A program made the translations under genes and the position numbers. From Octopus sinensis (lineage: Eukaryota): a stretch of 64,000 nucleotides of DNA. The DNA lies in the NCBI RefSeq assembly GCF_006345805.1, contig NC_043004.1:27466001-27530000 (forward strand), in the 5' to 3' direction. Below, piece by piece: positions 51,892-64,000 of the stretch (position 1 is the stretch's first letter; every line of letters starts with the position of its first letter). A model generated the notes under the pieces. That model saw only the letters and a program-made list of their open reading frames with translations, made no database searches and was not told the DNA's origin.

Positions 51892-52459
51892 TATGTATAT
51901 ATGTGTGTATATATGTGTATATATATGTGTGTATATGTCTATATGTATATATATGTGCATGTGTATGTATTTCTAGGTGTGTATGTATATATCTGTGTAT
52001 ATATATGGATTTTGGCATGTATATATGTAGATGTATATGTGTGTATATCATTTATTGTTAATGCAGGTACATGTGTGTGTATATATGTATGTGAATGTAT
52101 ATATATGCATCTATTGTATGAGTGTAAATATATGTAATCATATGGCTATTTATATTTGTGTGTAAATGTATTTGTATATTACTTGGATGTGAGTGTGTGT
52201 ATATATATATGTAAGTAAATATGCATGTATCTATGTGTTTTCTTATATATGTATGTGTGTATATATGAATAAGTATGTATATGTACGTATGTATGCGCAT
52301 CCATGTATATGTGTGTATGTGTATATGTGTATGTATGTGTGTATATATGTATACATCATATATATATATATATATATACATATATATATGTAAGTATGTA
52401 TGTGTGAATGTGTCTGTGTGTGTAGATTGTATATATTTGAGTTTTGTCATCTCAATCTA

Positions 52460-53722
52460 CAGGGGTTGGATAAAATAATGGAAACACCTTAAAATTTCAA
52501 GCAAATTTATTTTAATATGGAGTAGGACTGCATTTGGCAGTAATTACAGCCTGGCATTCTATGAGTTATAGACTCTAACAAAGTTTGAATTGTTTCCAAA
52601 GGAATTTTAGTCCATTCTTCAGCTAAAACAGTCTCCAGTTTATGTAGCGATGATGATGGATGATATCGACTCCTTACTTGTTTTTCTAAAATGCACCATA
52701 AATATCTGATAATATTGAAATCTGGAGACTGTGGTGGCCAGATAAGATGTTCAACTTCACTTGAATGTTCCTCGTGCCATTCAGTAACAACTTTAGCTGT
52801 GGGAATTGGTGCATTATCATTCTGAAAGAATGCGTTTTCCTCCGGAAACAGTTCTGCAACCATAGGATGAATTTGATCTCATGAAATGCTTAAATAGTCT
52901 TGATTATTAATCCTGCCATGAAAGGAAACCATTGGGCTGGCAGATTTCCAAGATATAGCCCCCCCCCCGATCACAGATCCCCTTCCTTGTTTAACAGTTG
53001 GAAGAATGCAGTCTTGGTCAAGTGTTTCTTTTGGCTGTCTCCACACATATACTTGGCTGGTGGTTGGAAATAAGGTAAAGGATGACTCATCCACGAAAAT
53101 AACATTCTTCCACTGCTCTAGGGACCAATTCTGTAGGTTTTTTCTCCACTCTAAATGCTTTGCAATATTTGTTTTTGCAAATAGTGATTTTCTGATTGCA
53201 ACCTTCACATGAAATCCTCCTTTGTGCAGCTCTCAGCAAACAGTTTCTGTGGAAACTGGGTTCTTGAGGTGGTCATTAAGCTCTGCAGTAATTTTGGGAG
53301 CTGTACTTTTGTGATCCTTTCTAAGAATTTGCGTATGAGTTTGATGGTCCCTATCTGAAAGTTTTGGTTTTCTTCCCGAGTTTTGTTCCGACAAGGAAGT
53401 TTTTCCCTCTTTCTCAAAGTCTGTCATTACTTTCATGACAGTACTTCTTGAAATACCAAACAGCTTGGCTGTTTTCGTTACGCTAGCGCCTGCCATGCGA
53501 GCACCAACAATTTGACCTCCTTGAAAGTCTGATAGATCTGTCATTTTAATGAATTTTAATTACCTTTTTCTGATCATATCTAAAAAGAAACAGCAATTTT
53601 AGCAAAATATATTAAGCAACACTAATAATTAATAAAAAAATAAAAAAACATAAAAACAAATAAGCTTTTGATGGTTTTATAGATATTTGGAAATTATGAT
53701 GCTATGATTTGTCCAACCCCTG
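52460..53722 (-). mobile_element. Full-length Tc1 (DD34E-type) transposon, frameshifted
   Basis: TA|caggggttgga..tccaacccctg|TA; MTDLSDFQGGQIVG, WKNVIFVDESSF, FQNDNAP, WPPQSPDFNII. Confidence 0.93.
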
Positions 53723-54279
53723 TATATAATAACTTAATTTTGAAAATTGATTATAAGAGTGGACCAATTCTGAATTCCTTCATTTTAGTGCATATTCTTG
53801 TAGTTACTGTATGAATACACATATTTCATTAATTAATTAATTAATTGATGATAATTATGATAATAATAATGATGATGGCAAATAGTTTCATTTGACTAAC
53901 TAAATAAATTTAATAACCAAAATAATAATTATTATAGTATTGTATAGTTTATAAATTGTATTCTTATTACAATAATGTTGTTTGTTACTTATGAAAGTAT
54001 TGACAGAGTTTGGATATGCACTATGTGTTGTCTCTCATTTTGTAAGTAATAATATTGATTAGTTCATTGAGAACAGTCCTTATTACTTGTTTGGTTTATA
54101 TTAACAATTTCTATCGATTCACTAAATTCTCCCTTCCTGAATATATGAATAACAATCCTTATTTAAGTAACTTCAAATCTGGTTACCCCTAAAAATTAGT
54201 AAATTTTATTTCCATTACTATAGCCTAAATATACATCTATGGGGTACTTTGGTTATCGTATTCACAGCCTTAAGTTTAT

Positions 54280-54688
54280 ACTCTTTTACTCTTTTACACT
54301 TTTACTTGTTTCAGTTATTTGACTGTGGCCATGCTGGAGCACTGCCTTTAGTCGAGCAAATCGACCCCAGGACTTATTCTTTGTGAGCCTAGTATTTATT
54401 CTATCGGTCTCTTTTGCCGAACCGCTAAGTTTCGGGGACGTAAACACACCAGCATCAGTTGCTAAGCAATGTTGGGGGGACAAACACAAACACACAAACA
54501 CACGCATATATATATATATATATATATACGACGAGCTTCTTTCAGTTTCTGTCTACCAAATCCACTCACAAGGCTTTGGTCGGCCTGAGGCTATAGTAGA
54601 AGACACTTGTTCAAGATGCCGTGCAGTGGGACTGAACCTGGAACTATGTGGTTTGTAAGCAAGCTTCTTACCAAACAGCAACTTCTAT
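54280..54688 (-). mobile_element. tRNA-derived SINE (21955 family); fragments also at ~22985, 24225, 59310
   Basis: Reverse complement of 21955-22380, including the internal microsatellite. Confidence 0.88.
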
Positions 54689-54802
54689 GTCTTATTATAT
54701 ACTGAATACTCCCTATGATAAATTAAGTAAATAAAGAAAATTTTTATTAGGGTTCTATTTATATCTATTACGGAATTATCCCTCCAAGAAAACAATAAAT
54801 AT

Positions 54803-56061
54803 AGAAGTTCCTGGACTATTTCTGAAGTTCACCAACAGATGACATCACACGGTTGCATGTGCAGTGAGAGCTAGCAGTGACCTTCATGAGGTAATATGCT
54901 GAGTGACATCACTGTATTTACATTGCAAGTTGTGAAAAATGTTTTTGTGATCCCGTGTAGGCTGTAGTCTGCGATTTTGTGATGGACTGGAAGTTGGAAC
55001 AAAAAGCCAATGTGAAATTTTGGCATTAAACTTGGGAAGTCTGCTACAGAGATACTGAGCAGGCTTTGGCAAGTTTACAGAGATGAAGAAATGGGTCATG
55101 CATAATGTTTCAAGTGGCATAGGTGCTTCAAAAGCAGAAGAACATTCCTGGAAGACGATGGGTGATCTGGAAGACCTGCCACAAGCTTCACCCCTGGAAA
55201 TGTGAAGAAAATTCATCAACTCATGCATGAAGATTGTCGGAGGACAATCAATGACATTGCCTGTGTTGTCCGTCTGTTGTATGGGTCCGTACATGCAATC
55301 CTAACATCAGAATTAAACATGAATTCACTGAGCAGAAAGTGTATAGTGTTGAAGTCTGTCAAGATCTCTGTCAGCATGCTGTTGATGACCACTCCTTCAG
55401 GTCAGGGATCATCACTGGTGATGAGAGTTTGGTCTACAGGTATGACCCTGAGATGAAGCAGCAGTCGTCACAATGGAAGAAAGCATGACTGAACTGCAAC
55501 TCAAACGAGAGCATGCTCATCGTTTTTTTGACACCTGCAGCATTGTGCATTGAGAATTCATCCCCTCTAGGCCCCTCTAGGGCCAGACCATAAATCGAGA
55601 GTTCTACTGTGATATCTTGAAGCATTTGAAAGAGGACATTCAGTGAAAGTGACTGCATATGTGGAGTGCAAAAAATTGAATTCTTCACAAAGATAATGCA
55701 CCCTGACACTAAGCTCTCCTCACTTGTGAGTTTCTTGCCAAAAGAAACAGGTATTGTTTAAACACCTGCCCTATTCACCAGATTTAGCATCTGTGGACCT
55801 CCATCTCTTCTCCAAGATGAAAATGTAGCTTAAAGGTTGCCGTTTTAAAATTGTCGTCAAGATCAAGAGTGAATCGCAGAAGGTCCTCAACTCACTTACT
55901 GAAAATTACTTCCAAGCCAGATTGTAAAGGTGGCAGGAATGTTGGGACTGGTGTATGGAAGTGCAAAGTGATTATTTTGAAGGAGATAATGTTAAAACTT
56001 AGGTGAATAAGTTGTTTTGTATTGAACATAACAAGTCCAGGAACGTTTTGATACCACTTCA
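54803..56061 (+). mobile_element. Mariner (DD34D), near full length, decayed
   Basis: ITGDES.VY.YDPE, DNAP, YSPDLASVD; end repeats gttcctggact / agtccaggaac. Confidence 0.88.
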
Positions 56062-56091
56062 TATGTTTGCATGTATATATGTATTATGTGC

Positions 56092-56142
<51 letters not shown>

Positions 56143-56769
56143 CATATGTATGTGTGTATGTATATATATATATACATACATATGCATGTGTGTATGTATA
56201 TATGCCTGTATGTGTGTATGTGTTTACATATGTATATATGGCTAAAATTCCTCCCATTTAAGACTCATTACTTTAGCTTGACATTATAATGCCAAAAGGA
56301 AATTCTAAAAAGCTACAATTGTGTTATATTATTATTTTGTGCAAGGTGTTAAAATCTTCCAGTCTTTGAAGAGTTAAGTCCTGAACTCAACTCACATACT
56401 AACAGATTTTGTTGATATATATGGGCTAGTTTAGAATTCATAGAATTCGATATTTCCTGTGTATTGATATGATTTATGCAACAACATCACAGATTCATTG
56501 TTTATGTTTATTGAGAGATTGTTGATATAATATAGCCCAGTAGTTACTAAATGATATACTGTGACACACAACTATATCACAAAATGTAGATCAATGTGTT
56601 TTGATAATAATTAAACTATGTTTTTAAAAAATGGCAAAGAAATACAGACTGAAATTATATTCAGCTGAATCTTCATATAGTTCGAAATACATCTGTAGTT
56701 AGGTGAAGGAGTAATTTGTGCCTTCAAATTTATGAAAGCAGCCAACTGGCTTCCATACTCGTGGCATGT

Positions 56770-57048
56770 AAAAGGGCACCATTCGAGCGTGATCATTACC
56801 AACGTCGCTTCACTGGCATGTGTGAAAAGATTCGAGCGAGGTCATTGCCAGTACTGCCTGACTGGTCCCATGCTGGTGGCACATAAAAAGCACCCACTAC
56901 TACACTCTTGGAGTGGTTGGCGTTAGGAAGAGCATCCAGCTGTAGAAGCTCTGCCAGATCAAGATTGGAGCCTGGTGCAGCCATCTGGTTCACCAGCCCT
57001 CAGTCAAAATCGTCCAACCCATGCTAGCATGGAAAACAGACGTTAAAC

Positions 57049-57101
<53 letters not shown>
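56770..57101 (+). mobile_element. RTE-related non-autonomous element with (GAT)n tail
   Basis: gtggttggcgttaggaagagcatccagctgtagaa..ccaacccatgctagcatgg..cgttaaac(gat)n. Confidence 0.8.
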
Positions 57102-57103
<2 letters not shown>

Positions 57104-57489
57104 TTAGAAAAAACAAAGGTAATTTTTTTTTTTGTCTTATCATGATGAGCACACTTGTATACATCAACACTTTCTGGTCCTTCATCAACTTTGCAACACA
57201 ATTTATTTCAAAGATTGCATCCATCAGTTTCATAAGATCTGCCTCCTCTTTTACCATTTACTGGTTGCTATAAAAATAGTTGCTGTTCTACTTCATTGTT
57301 TAAGTCTGTGTTGTTTCATGGTTTCTATTAGTAAGAGTATACTTCCATATTATTCACTGTTCAGTAAATGTTGCTCCCAAGAAACATTCTTCTACTTCAA
57401 CTACTGCTTCAGTGAGTTGAGGAAACTTCAAATAGATGTACTACACATTAATGACAGAGTTTATGGTTTTCAATCAACCATAAGAAGAA

Positions 57490-57730
57490 ATTATATAATC
57501 AAACGGTGAAAACTTGAAATGTGTAAATAACTTGAAGTATCCGGGATTGTGGGGAGAAAGTTCAAAGCGAGTAAGAATTGAATTGACAAGGTCAGCAATG
57601 AACAAGATGTCTGCACTATGGGAATGAAACCTATCTTATGACCTCAAAATACAGTTCTTTTTAGAGCTGCGATTGAAAGTATATTGATATAGGGATCTGA
57701 ATGCTGAATATATATGAGAATAAACTAAAT
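57490..57730 (+). mobile_element. Old LINE RT C-terminal remnant (RTE-like)
   Basis: NGENLKCVNNLKY.G..RIELTRSAMNKM..W; IESIL.GSEC. Confidence 0.55.
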
Positions 57731-59434
57731 GGAACAAACAACAGGATGTTAAGGAAGGTGAAGAAAATTTCTTGGAAACATTTATCAAACAGTGTATTAT
57801 ATGGAAAAAAAAAAACACTTTGCTTCTAAGGGCTTAAATAAATAAATATTTTTTAGAAGATATAAATAAACATCATCAACAAAAGAAGAATTAACTTCTA
57901 AATCTATCAATCATGGATTTTAAATAAAGCCTGCAGATTTGGCCTTTGACACATTTCAGATTTCTTTTAAAGAAGGAAGTTCTTTAGTAGTGTTTTATTA
58001 ACTAATATTAATGTAATGAGAGAAAGGGAATAGGGAAGAGGAAGAAAGAAAAGTTAAAGGCAGAGAAGAGAGTGAAGGAGAGAGATAGAATTTGAAGATG
58101 AAACATGGTTAAGTTTATCCTAAATCTATCCAAACATACAAAAAAATCACCAAAAGCACCAATGTTGGTCATTGATAATTGTATTTCATCCATTGGAAAT
58201 ATAAATATTTATAAATTTTCTGGTATTCAGTGTTGTACTGGTAGACAAAAATACCTGTTTTAGATATATTTTTAACCTAATGTTGCTGATGTTAACATGA
58301 GTAAGACAGGACCTAGTTAAATTGATTCACAAAATCAGCCCCCTTTAATTTTGCTCAGGTTGCTTTCAATTTTGGTGTATCGATGCAACTCTGAATTTTG
58401 ATTACGATCAACCAATTATTTTATCTCATAAATTAAAGAATCTGATGTTATTTGGAATTAACGTTGGGAAATTTGGGTAATTTTAGCCAATCAACAGACA
58501 GTGAGGCATTAACAGCTTGTTACCATGACAACTGCATGTTGTGTTGTGTTTCACTTCACCTGCATCTGCCGCACATGCATGTGTGTGCATGCATGTACAT
58601 GTGTGTGTGTATATGTGCATGCATGTGTGGCTGTTGTGTGTGAGGAGGTATATGTGTGTTTGTGTGTGTGTGTGCGTGCATGCATATGTGTGTGTGTGTG
58701 CATATATGTGTGTGCATGTATGTATGTTGTATGTATGAGGGGTATATATATGATTTCATGTCTATGTGTGCATGGGCACGTATGTCTGTGTGTATATGTA
58801 TGTTGTGTGTGTGTGGGGGGGATCTAGTTAAATCGATTCACATGTACATATAAACTTATATATGAATACATATATCCTCATGCACTTATATATTAATGAT
58901 GATGTACATGACAGGTATACATAATACTGAAATATGCATAAAGTAAACACGGATAACAGGTCATTTCACAGACACTAAACTATAAATTTCACAGAGTACA
59001 ACCTTAAAGTTGACACTGCTGTCTCACTATCGGCTAAGAATACAGTTTTTTTTTTAAACCTTTGTAAATTTTTCCTCAAATTTTTTTCTCCACAAGATCA
59101 TGGATTCACAGCAATAAGAGTGGAAAAATATATCAATATAACCGAATTTTAGATTTTTTACTTCCTTTAAAAAAAAAGAAATGCAGATTCTGTGAATCAA
59201 TTTAACTAGATCCATAAGACATTTTAGAAACAACTGGTTTAGATGAATATTTTTCATATGTATAACTCTTCCACTACTTGTCAAACATTTTATCTAGTTT
59301 TCTTTTATCATTTGTCGTTTACTTGTTTCAGTCTGTGGCCATGCTGGAGCACCACCTTGAAGAATAGACAGTGTATGCAATGGAAGGCCATATGTGTTTC
59401 AGTAAGACATTACACTATCATACATGGCTCTAGT

Positions 59435-59833
59435 AACACAGGAATGGATGTCTGAAAATGTTCATGATCACATAACCCCTGACATTTAGCCTCCTAATTC
59501 CCCAGATCTCAATACATTGGACTATTACATGGGGAGCATTGCCGAAAGAGATGTCAATGAACATGCCCATAATACCAAAGATTCTATGAAAGCTGCCATA
59601 GTCAGAGTAATGCCCAAAATGAATGAGGACCACTTGATTCAAGCATGTAGATGATTTAAATCTCATATAGAAGCAGTTGTTGGAGCTGAAGGTGACTTTA
59701 TTGAATAACATTATAGAAAAGAAGGTTTATTTCTTTCCTCATAGCATTTTTTGATTAATAAAGTTATGATCTGTTAATTATATATGTTTTTTTTATAAGC
59801 ATAAATCTGTCCTCAAATATCTTACACACCCTG
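59435..59833 (+). mobile_element. maT-like transposon 3' part
   Basis: PPNSPDLNTLDYY; EAVVGAEGDFIE*; ends cacaccctg|TA. Confidence 0.8.
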
Positions 59834-59841
59834 TATATATA

Positions 59842-61070
59842 CAAGGGTTGGACAAAAAAATGGAAACACCTAGCAATGGAAAATCATAGCATCATAATTT
59901 ATAAAACTGTCAAAAGCTTGTTTATTTTATGTTTTTTGATTTAGTGTTTCTTAATACGTTTTGCTAAAATTGTTGCTATTTTTCAGTTATCATCAGGAAA
60001 AGGTAATTAAAATTCATTAAAATGACAAATCTATCAAACTTTCAAAGAGATCAAACTGTTGGTGCTTGTATGACAGGTGCTAGTGTAACGAAAACAGCCA
60101 AAATGTTTGGTGTATCAAAAAGTACTGTCTCGAAAACTTCCTTGTTCAAACAAAATTCCCGAAGAAAACCAAAACTTTCAGATAGGGACTGTTGGACTCT
60201 TATGTGAATTGTTAGAAAGGATCACAAAAGTACAGCACCCAAAATTACTGCAGAGCATAATGCCCACATCGTGAACCCAGTTTTTACAAAAACTGTTCAC
60301 CAGAAGCTGCATAAAGCTGAATTTCACTGGAGGGGTGCAATTAGAAAACCACTATTTTCAAAAACAAACATTGCAAAGTGTTTAGAGTGGAATAACCTAC
60401 AGAAATGGTCCCTAGAGCAGTGGAAGAATGTTATTTTCTTGGATGAATCATCCTTTGCCTTATTTCCAACCACTGGCTGAGTATACGTGTGGTGACAGCC
60501 AAAAAGAAGCACTTGACCAAAACTGCCTTTTTCCAACTGTTAAACAAGGAAGTGGATCTGTGATGATCTGGCGTGGGCTTTATCTTAGAAATCTGTCAGC
60601 CCAATGGTTTCCTTTCATAGCAGAATTAATAATCAAGACTATTTAAGCATCTTATGTGATCAAATTCATCCTATGGTTGCAGAACTGTTTCCGGGGGAAA
60701 ACGCTATCTTTCAGGATGATAATGCATCAATTCACACAGCTAAAGTTGTTAGTGAATGACACGAAGAACATTCTAGTGAATTTGAACATCTTATCTGGCC
60801 ACCACAGTCCCAAGATCTCAATGTTATTGAAGATTTATGGTGCATTTTAGAAAAACAAGGAAGCATTATCATTCACCATCATCACTACAAGAACTGATGA
60901 CTGTTTTAGCTGAAGAATGGACAAAATTTCCCTTGGAAACATTTCAAACTTTGTTTGAGTCCATACCTAGTAAAATTCAAGCTGTAATTGCTGCCAAAGC
61001 AGTCCTACTCCATATTAAAATAAATTTGCTTGAAATTTTAAGGTGTTTCTATTATTTTGTCCAACCCCTG
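59842..61070 (+). mobile_element. Full-length Tc1 copy, same family as 52460-53722
   Basis: TIRs caagggttggacaaa / tttgtccaacccctg; WKNVIFLDESSF, FQDDNA, WPPQSQDLNVIE. Confidence 0.93.
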
Positions 61071-61464
61071 TTTATATATATATATATATATAAAGTGTAG
61101 CAATTGTAATAACCGGCTAAGGGATAAAATATCCATTTGTACTATCGGTATCCATTACCTGTGTTATCCCTGGGCATTGGTGTGCAGGAACACTATGCTC
61201 ATAAAGTGCAGGTAACAACAGGATAAATAAGAGTTTATCAGCAACCAAATGCAAATAATCAGAAAATGCCTTAATCTGAATGTCCTATGAAGATGAAGAA
61301 TTATATTTTCACAATTATTCATAAGCAACATTTGGAAATGTATGCGAAAACGGCCATAAGATTTGCTATTTACTATGTTATACTTTGTATATTAAAAAAT
61401 AATATCGATGTGTTTGTTCATCTGAGGCTTTCTCCATTTTATGATTATTTGAATATATACATAT

Positions 61465-61509
<45 letters not shown>

Positions 61510-61536
61510 TTTATTAAAAAGCAGCAGAAATATCAC

Positions 61537-61583
61537 AAAAACTGTTACTCAGAGCTTCACATTCCCGTTCATCAAACAGTTTT
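61537..61583 (-). ncRNA. Degenerate compact type-I hammerhead
   Basis: Reverse complement: aaaactgt TTGATGA acg-ggaa-tgt GAAG ctc-t-gag TA acagtttt; AATAAA downstream. Confidence 0.65.
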
Positions 61584-61981
61584 GTTTAGAATGGAACAGA
61601 AATAAGGTTATAAGCAAACATAAAATTAGTTTAATGGATACACATTTGAAAATGGTTTTGTTTCATAGGTTCTTTCGACTAATGAACAAAATGCAGTATA
61701 AAATCATCTTCTTTTAAAATTGAAGAAAACCTTAAATCGAAGGAGAGAGTCTAAATACATAGGGTAAATAATTATATGTAAAATATAAATCAATTAATAT
61801 TTTAAAAGTTATATGTTTAAAAAATTAAAAGTTAAAAATTTTCATGCTGAATTACTTATACATTTAGCGACATATTCACATACTAAACCCTCTGTAATAT
61901 ACATATATGCACTAAAACATACAGACACACTTACATAGTTATAGACATATATAGGTGAGACATAAATATATATACAAATAC

Positions 61982-62017
<36 letters not shown>

Positions 62018-62021
<4 letters not shown>

Positions 62022-62180
62022 AGAGTTTACGAAAAAAACAAAAGATGAAGACAGGTGGTGTACAAAACAAACAGATGTATTAGTATAATGCTCAGGAATA
62101 GAAAAAGACTTTTACGTTTCGAGCCTACGCTCTTCTACAGAAAGGGACACAGAAAAAAACAAGGAGAGAAAAATAATGTA
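62018..62180 (-). mobile_element. Penelope-like terminal-repeat fragment with a minimal hammerhead-like motif (62109-62144)
   Basis: Near-identical to 45589-45755; stem I cttt/aaag. Confidence 0.75.
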
Positions 62181-62464
62181 TATATGTACACACACATGCA
62201 CGTGCACAAAATCTTCTGGCATATGCATATACAGGTCAGTTGCTACAGATGAAAGAAAAAGAAAGTATATATTAAGCGGAGGGAGGAGGAAGAGAAAAGG
62301 AAAAAAGATAAAGAAACAGAGACAGAAAACTAGCGAGAGAAGAGAGAGAAAAAAGGTTAAGGACACAGGGTGCTATGTAAAGACCCTAGCGAGGTGCGAG
62401 CATGAAAACGATACTTCATAAATTTTGCACAACAAATGCACCATAAAATTACACACACACACAC

Positions 62465-62518
<54 letters not shown>

Positions 62519-63119
62519 AATACACATATATGAGTACATAAACAAATATACAAAAGAATGTAAGCAAATACATGCTCACATAAATATAAGTATACACATG
62601 TATACATATACATCTATGTACACATGCAGACATACACACACACACACACACGCACACACACACATATGTATATATGCATACACACCTGCACATGTATGCA
62701 TATGCACGCATGCACATACATGTGCATACCTACAATACATGCAAACACAAAAATAAATATATAGTGACATATCTATATCATAATATATATATACAAACAA
62801 TTTTTAAAAAGCTGCTCGGTGTATATAATATTAAAAATTCGAATGTGACATCATTACAAAATGCTGCACCATATATCAAACTATCTATAAATTTGATGTA
62901 ACAATTAAATAGGTATGTAAAATAAAATGAAATAAAAATGAAGCTTAGCAGAGCTTAAGCTAGCAGTTAAATTCGTAAAATCGAAAGTTTTTTTTAAAGA
63001 ATGAGCCGAAATATATTCAACATTGTTGCAATGCAAAATAACCATACACTGCAAAGACAAATTCAAAAGCAGCAGCTGAAAATTCGAAAGTCAAAACATA
63101 TTACCCATATGGTATTTTT

Positions 63120-63490
63120 TCGGTTGACATTTTAAATTTTCTTGTGAGCTTGCAGGAATTTAAGAGCTCACATCTTTGGTTCAAAGCGTTTTTATCCTGG
63201 AATAGTATAAAGAATTTTTCTGAAAGACAAAAATCACATTTCATAGGTCTTTTATAAGCTCCATGTCTGTAAGCTGATGCTTTATCTAAGCTCTTTCCAG
63301 TTTACATTGAAAGGATGGGCTTCATTCTCTTCCATTTCCCAGAATGCTTTGCAAGGCTAGTCACTGTCCTGTTTTGTGGGTACCGGAAAGAATTTCTGTG
63401 GGAATAAAATCAAATCTTGAAAGAATTTTCTGAAGCTCCTGTATATGTTTTATATTCTTGCAAGCTTTCTGTTTGCACTTTGGCTTTATA
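63120..63490 (-). mobile_element. Penelope-like GIY-YIG endonuclease C-terminus
   Basis: YKTYTGASENSFK..YSHRNSFRY..TSLAKH; C.FCLSEKFFIL..LNQRCELLNSC..KFK. Confidence 0.8.
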
Positions 63491-63744
63491 TCTAAGGCTG
63501 AGAGAACAGAGGGCAGTATCTGCTAGGGGTAGGGCTGAAGAAACAGACAGAAATCATAGTTGGTATAGTCATAAAAATCAAGATTTATTAGAAGCAATAT
63601 CATGAAGTTTGGTAAAGGAAAGCTTAAAACAAGATGTTAGCTGATAATCTTGATTTTTATGACTATACCAACTATGATTTCTGTCTGCTTCCTCAGCCCT
63701 ACCCCTAACAGATACCGCTCTCTGTTCTCCCAGCCTTAGATATA
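63487..63744. repeat. Inverted repeat, ~100-bp arms and ~60-bp spacer
   Basis: cagacagaaatcatagttggtatagtcataaaaatcaagatt recurs as its exact reverse complement near 63647. Confidence 0.92.
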
Positions 63745-64000
63745 CAAGGATTTGATAAACTAGTCTATAAATTAAAACTGACCCCATAAAAACAAAAAAA
63801 TCAGTGACAGGCAGAGTCTGTAACAATGTATATCTTTTTGATATCTTGGTAACTTTTGTGCTGGAGTGGAGACAGCATGTTCTTTGTCTATCTCCTTAAC
63901 TTCTTGGAGATTTTAGGTATAATTATACTAATATGCCCATCTGTTCTAATTTAATTAAATTCTATGTCTTTGTGCAGCTGAGGATTGCTCTGCATTTTAA

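Noticed and set aside
57132-57509. 125-aa ORF
   Set aside because: No domain motif; adjoins a decayed LINE remnant

Overview
AT-rich eukaryotic DNA saturated with microsatellites. The repeat content (tRNA-headed SINEs, R4/Dong, RTE, Penelope-like elements, mariner/Tc1) is most consistent with an octopus or other coleoid cephalopod; this is inferred by eye, not by database search. I found no intact host protein-coding gene. Nearly all ORFs in the supplied track are microsatellite translations or decayed transposon fragments. Five things stand out. (1) About a dozen type-I hammerhead ribozyme-like motifs occur in Penelope-like terminal repeats within (TA)n tracts. One has a fully canonical core (44034-44137), several are core variants (G3:C8, U3:A8, A6U), and two loci carry back-to-back inverted ribozyme pairs forming long fold-backs. 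(2) An uncharacterised ~550-bp non-coding element occurs 7 times, always at (AAT)n tracts and interleaved with R4/Dong retrotransposons, suggesting a non-autonomous Dong passenger. (3) A 426-bp GC-rich 28S rRNA fragment sits inside a (TA)n tract. (4) Two short patches, each with junction microhomology, match sequence ~3.4-3.7 kb away. (5) A 104-bp structured mini-Helitron-like element is present. All structures were paired by hand, and coordinates of decayed elements are approximate.
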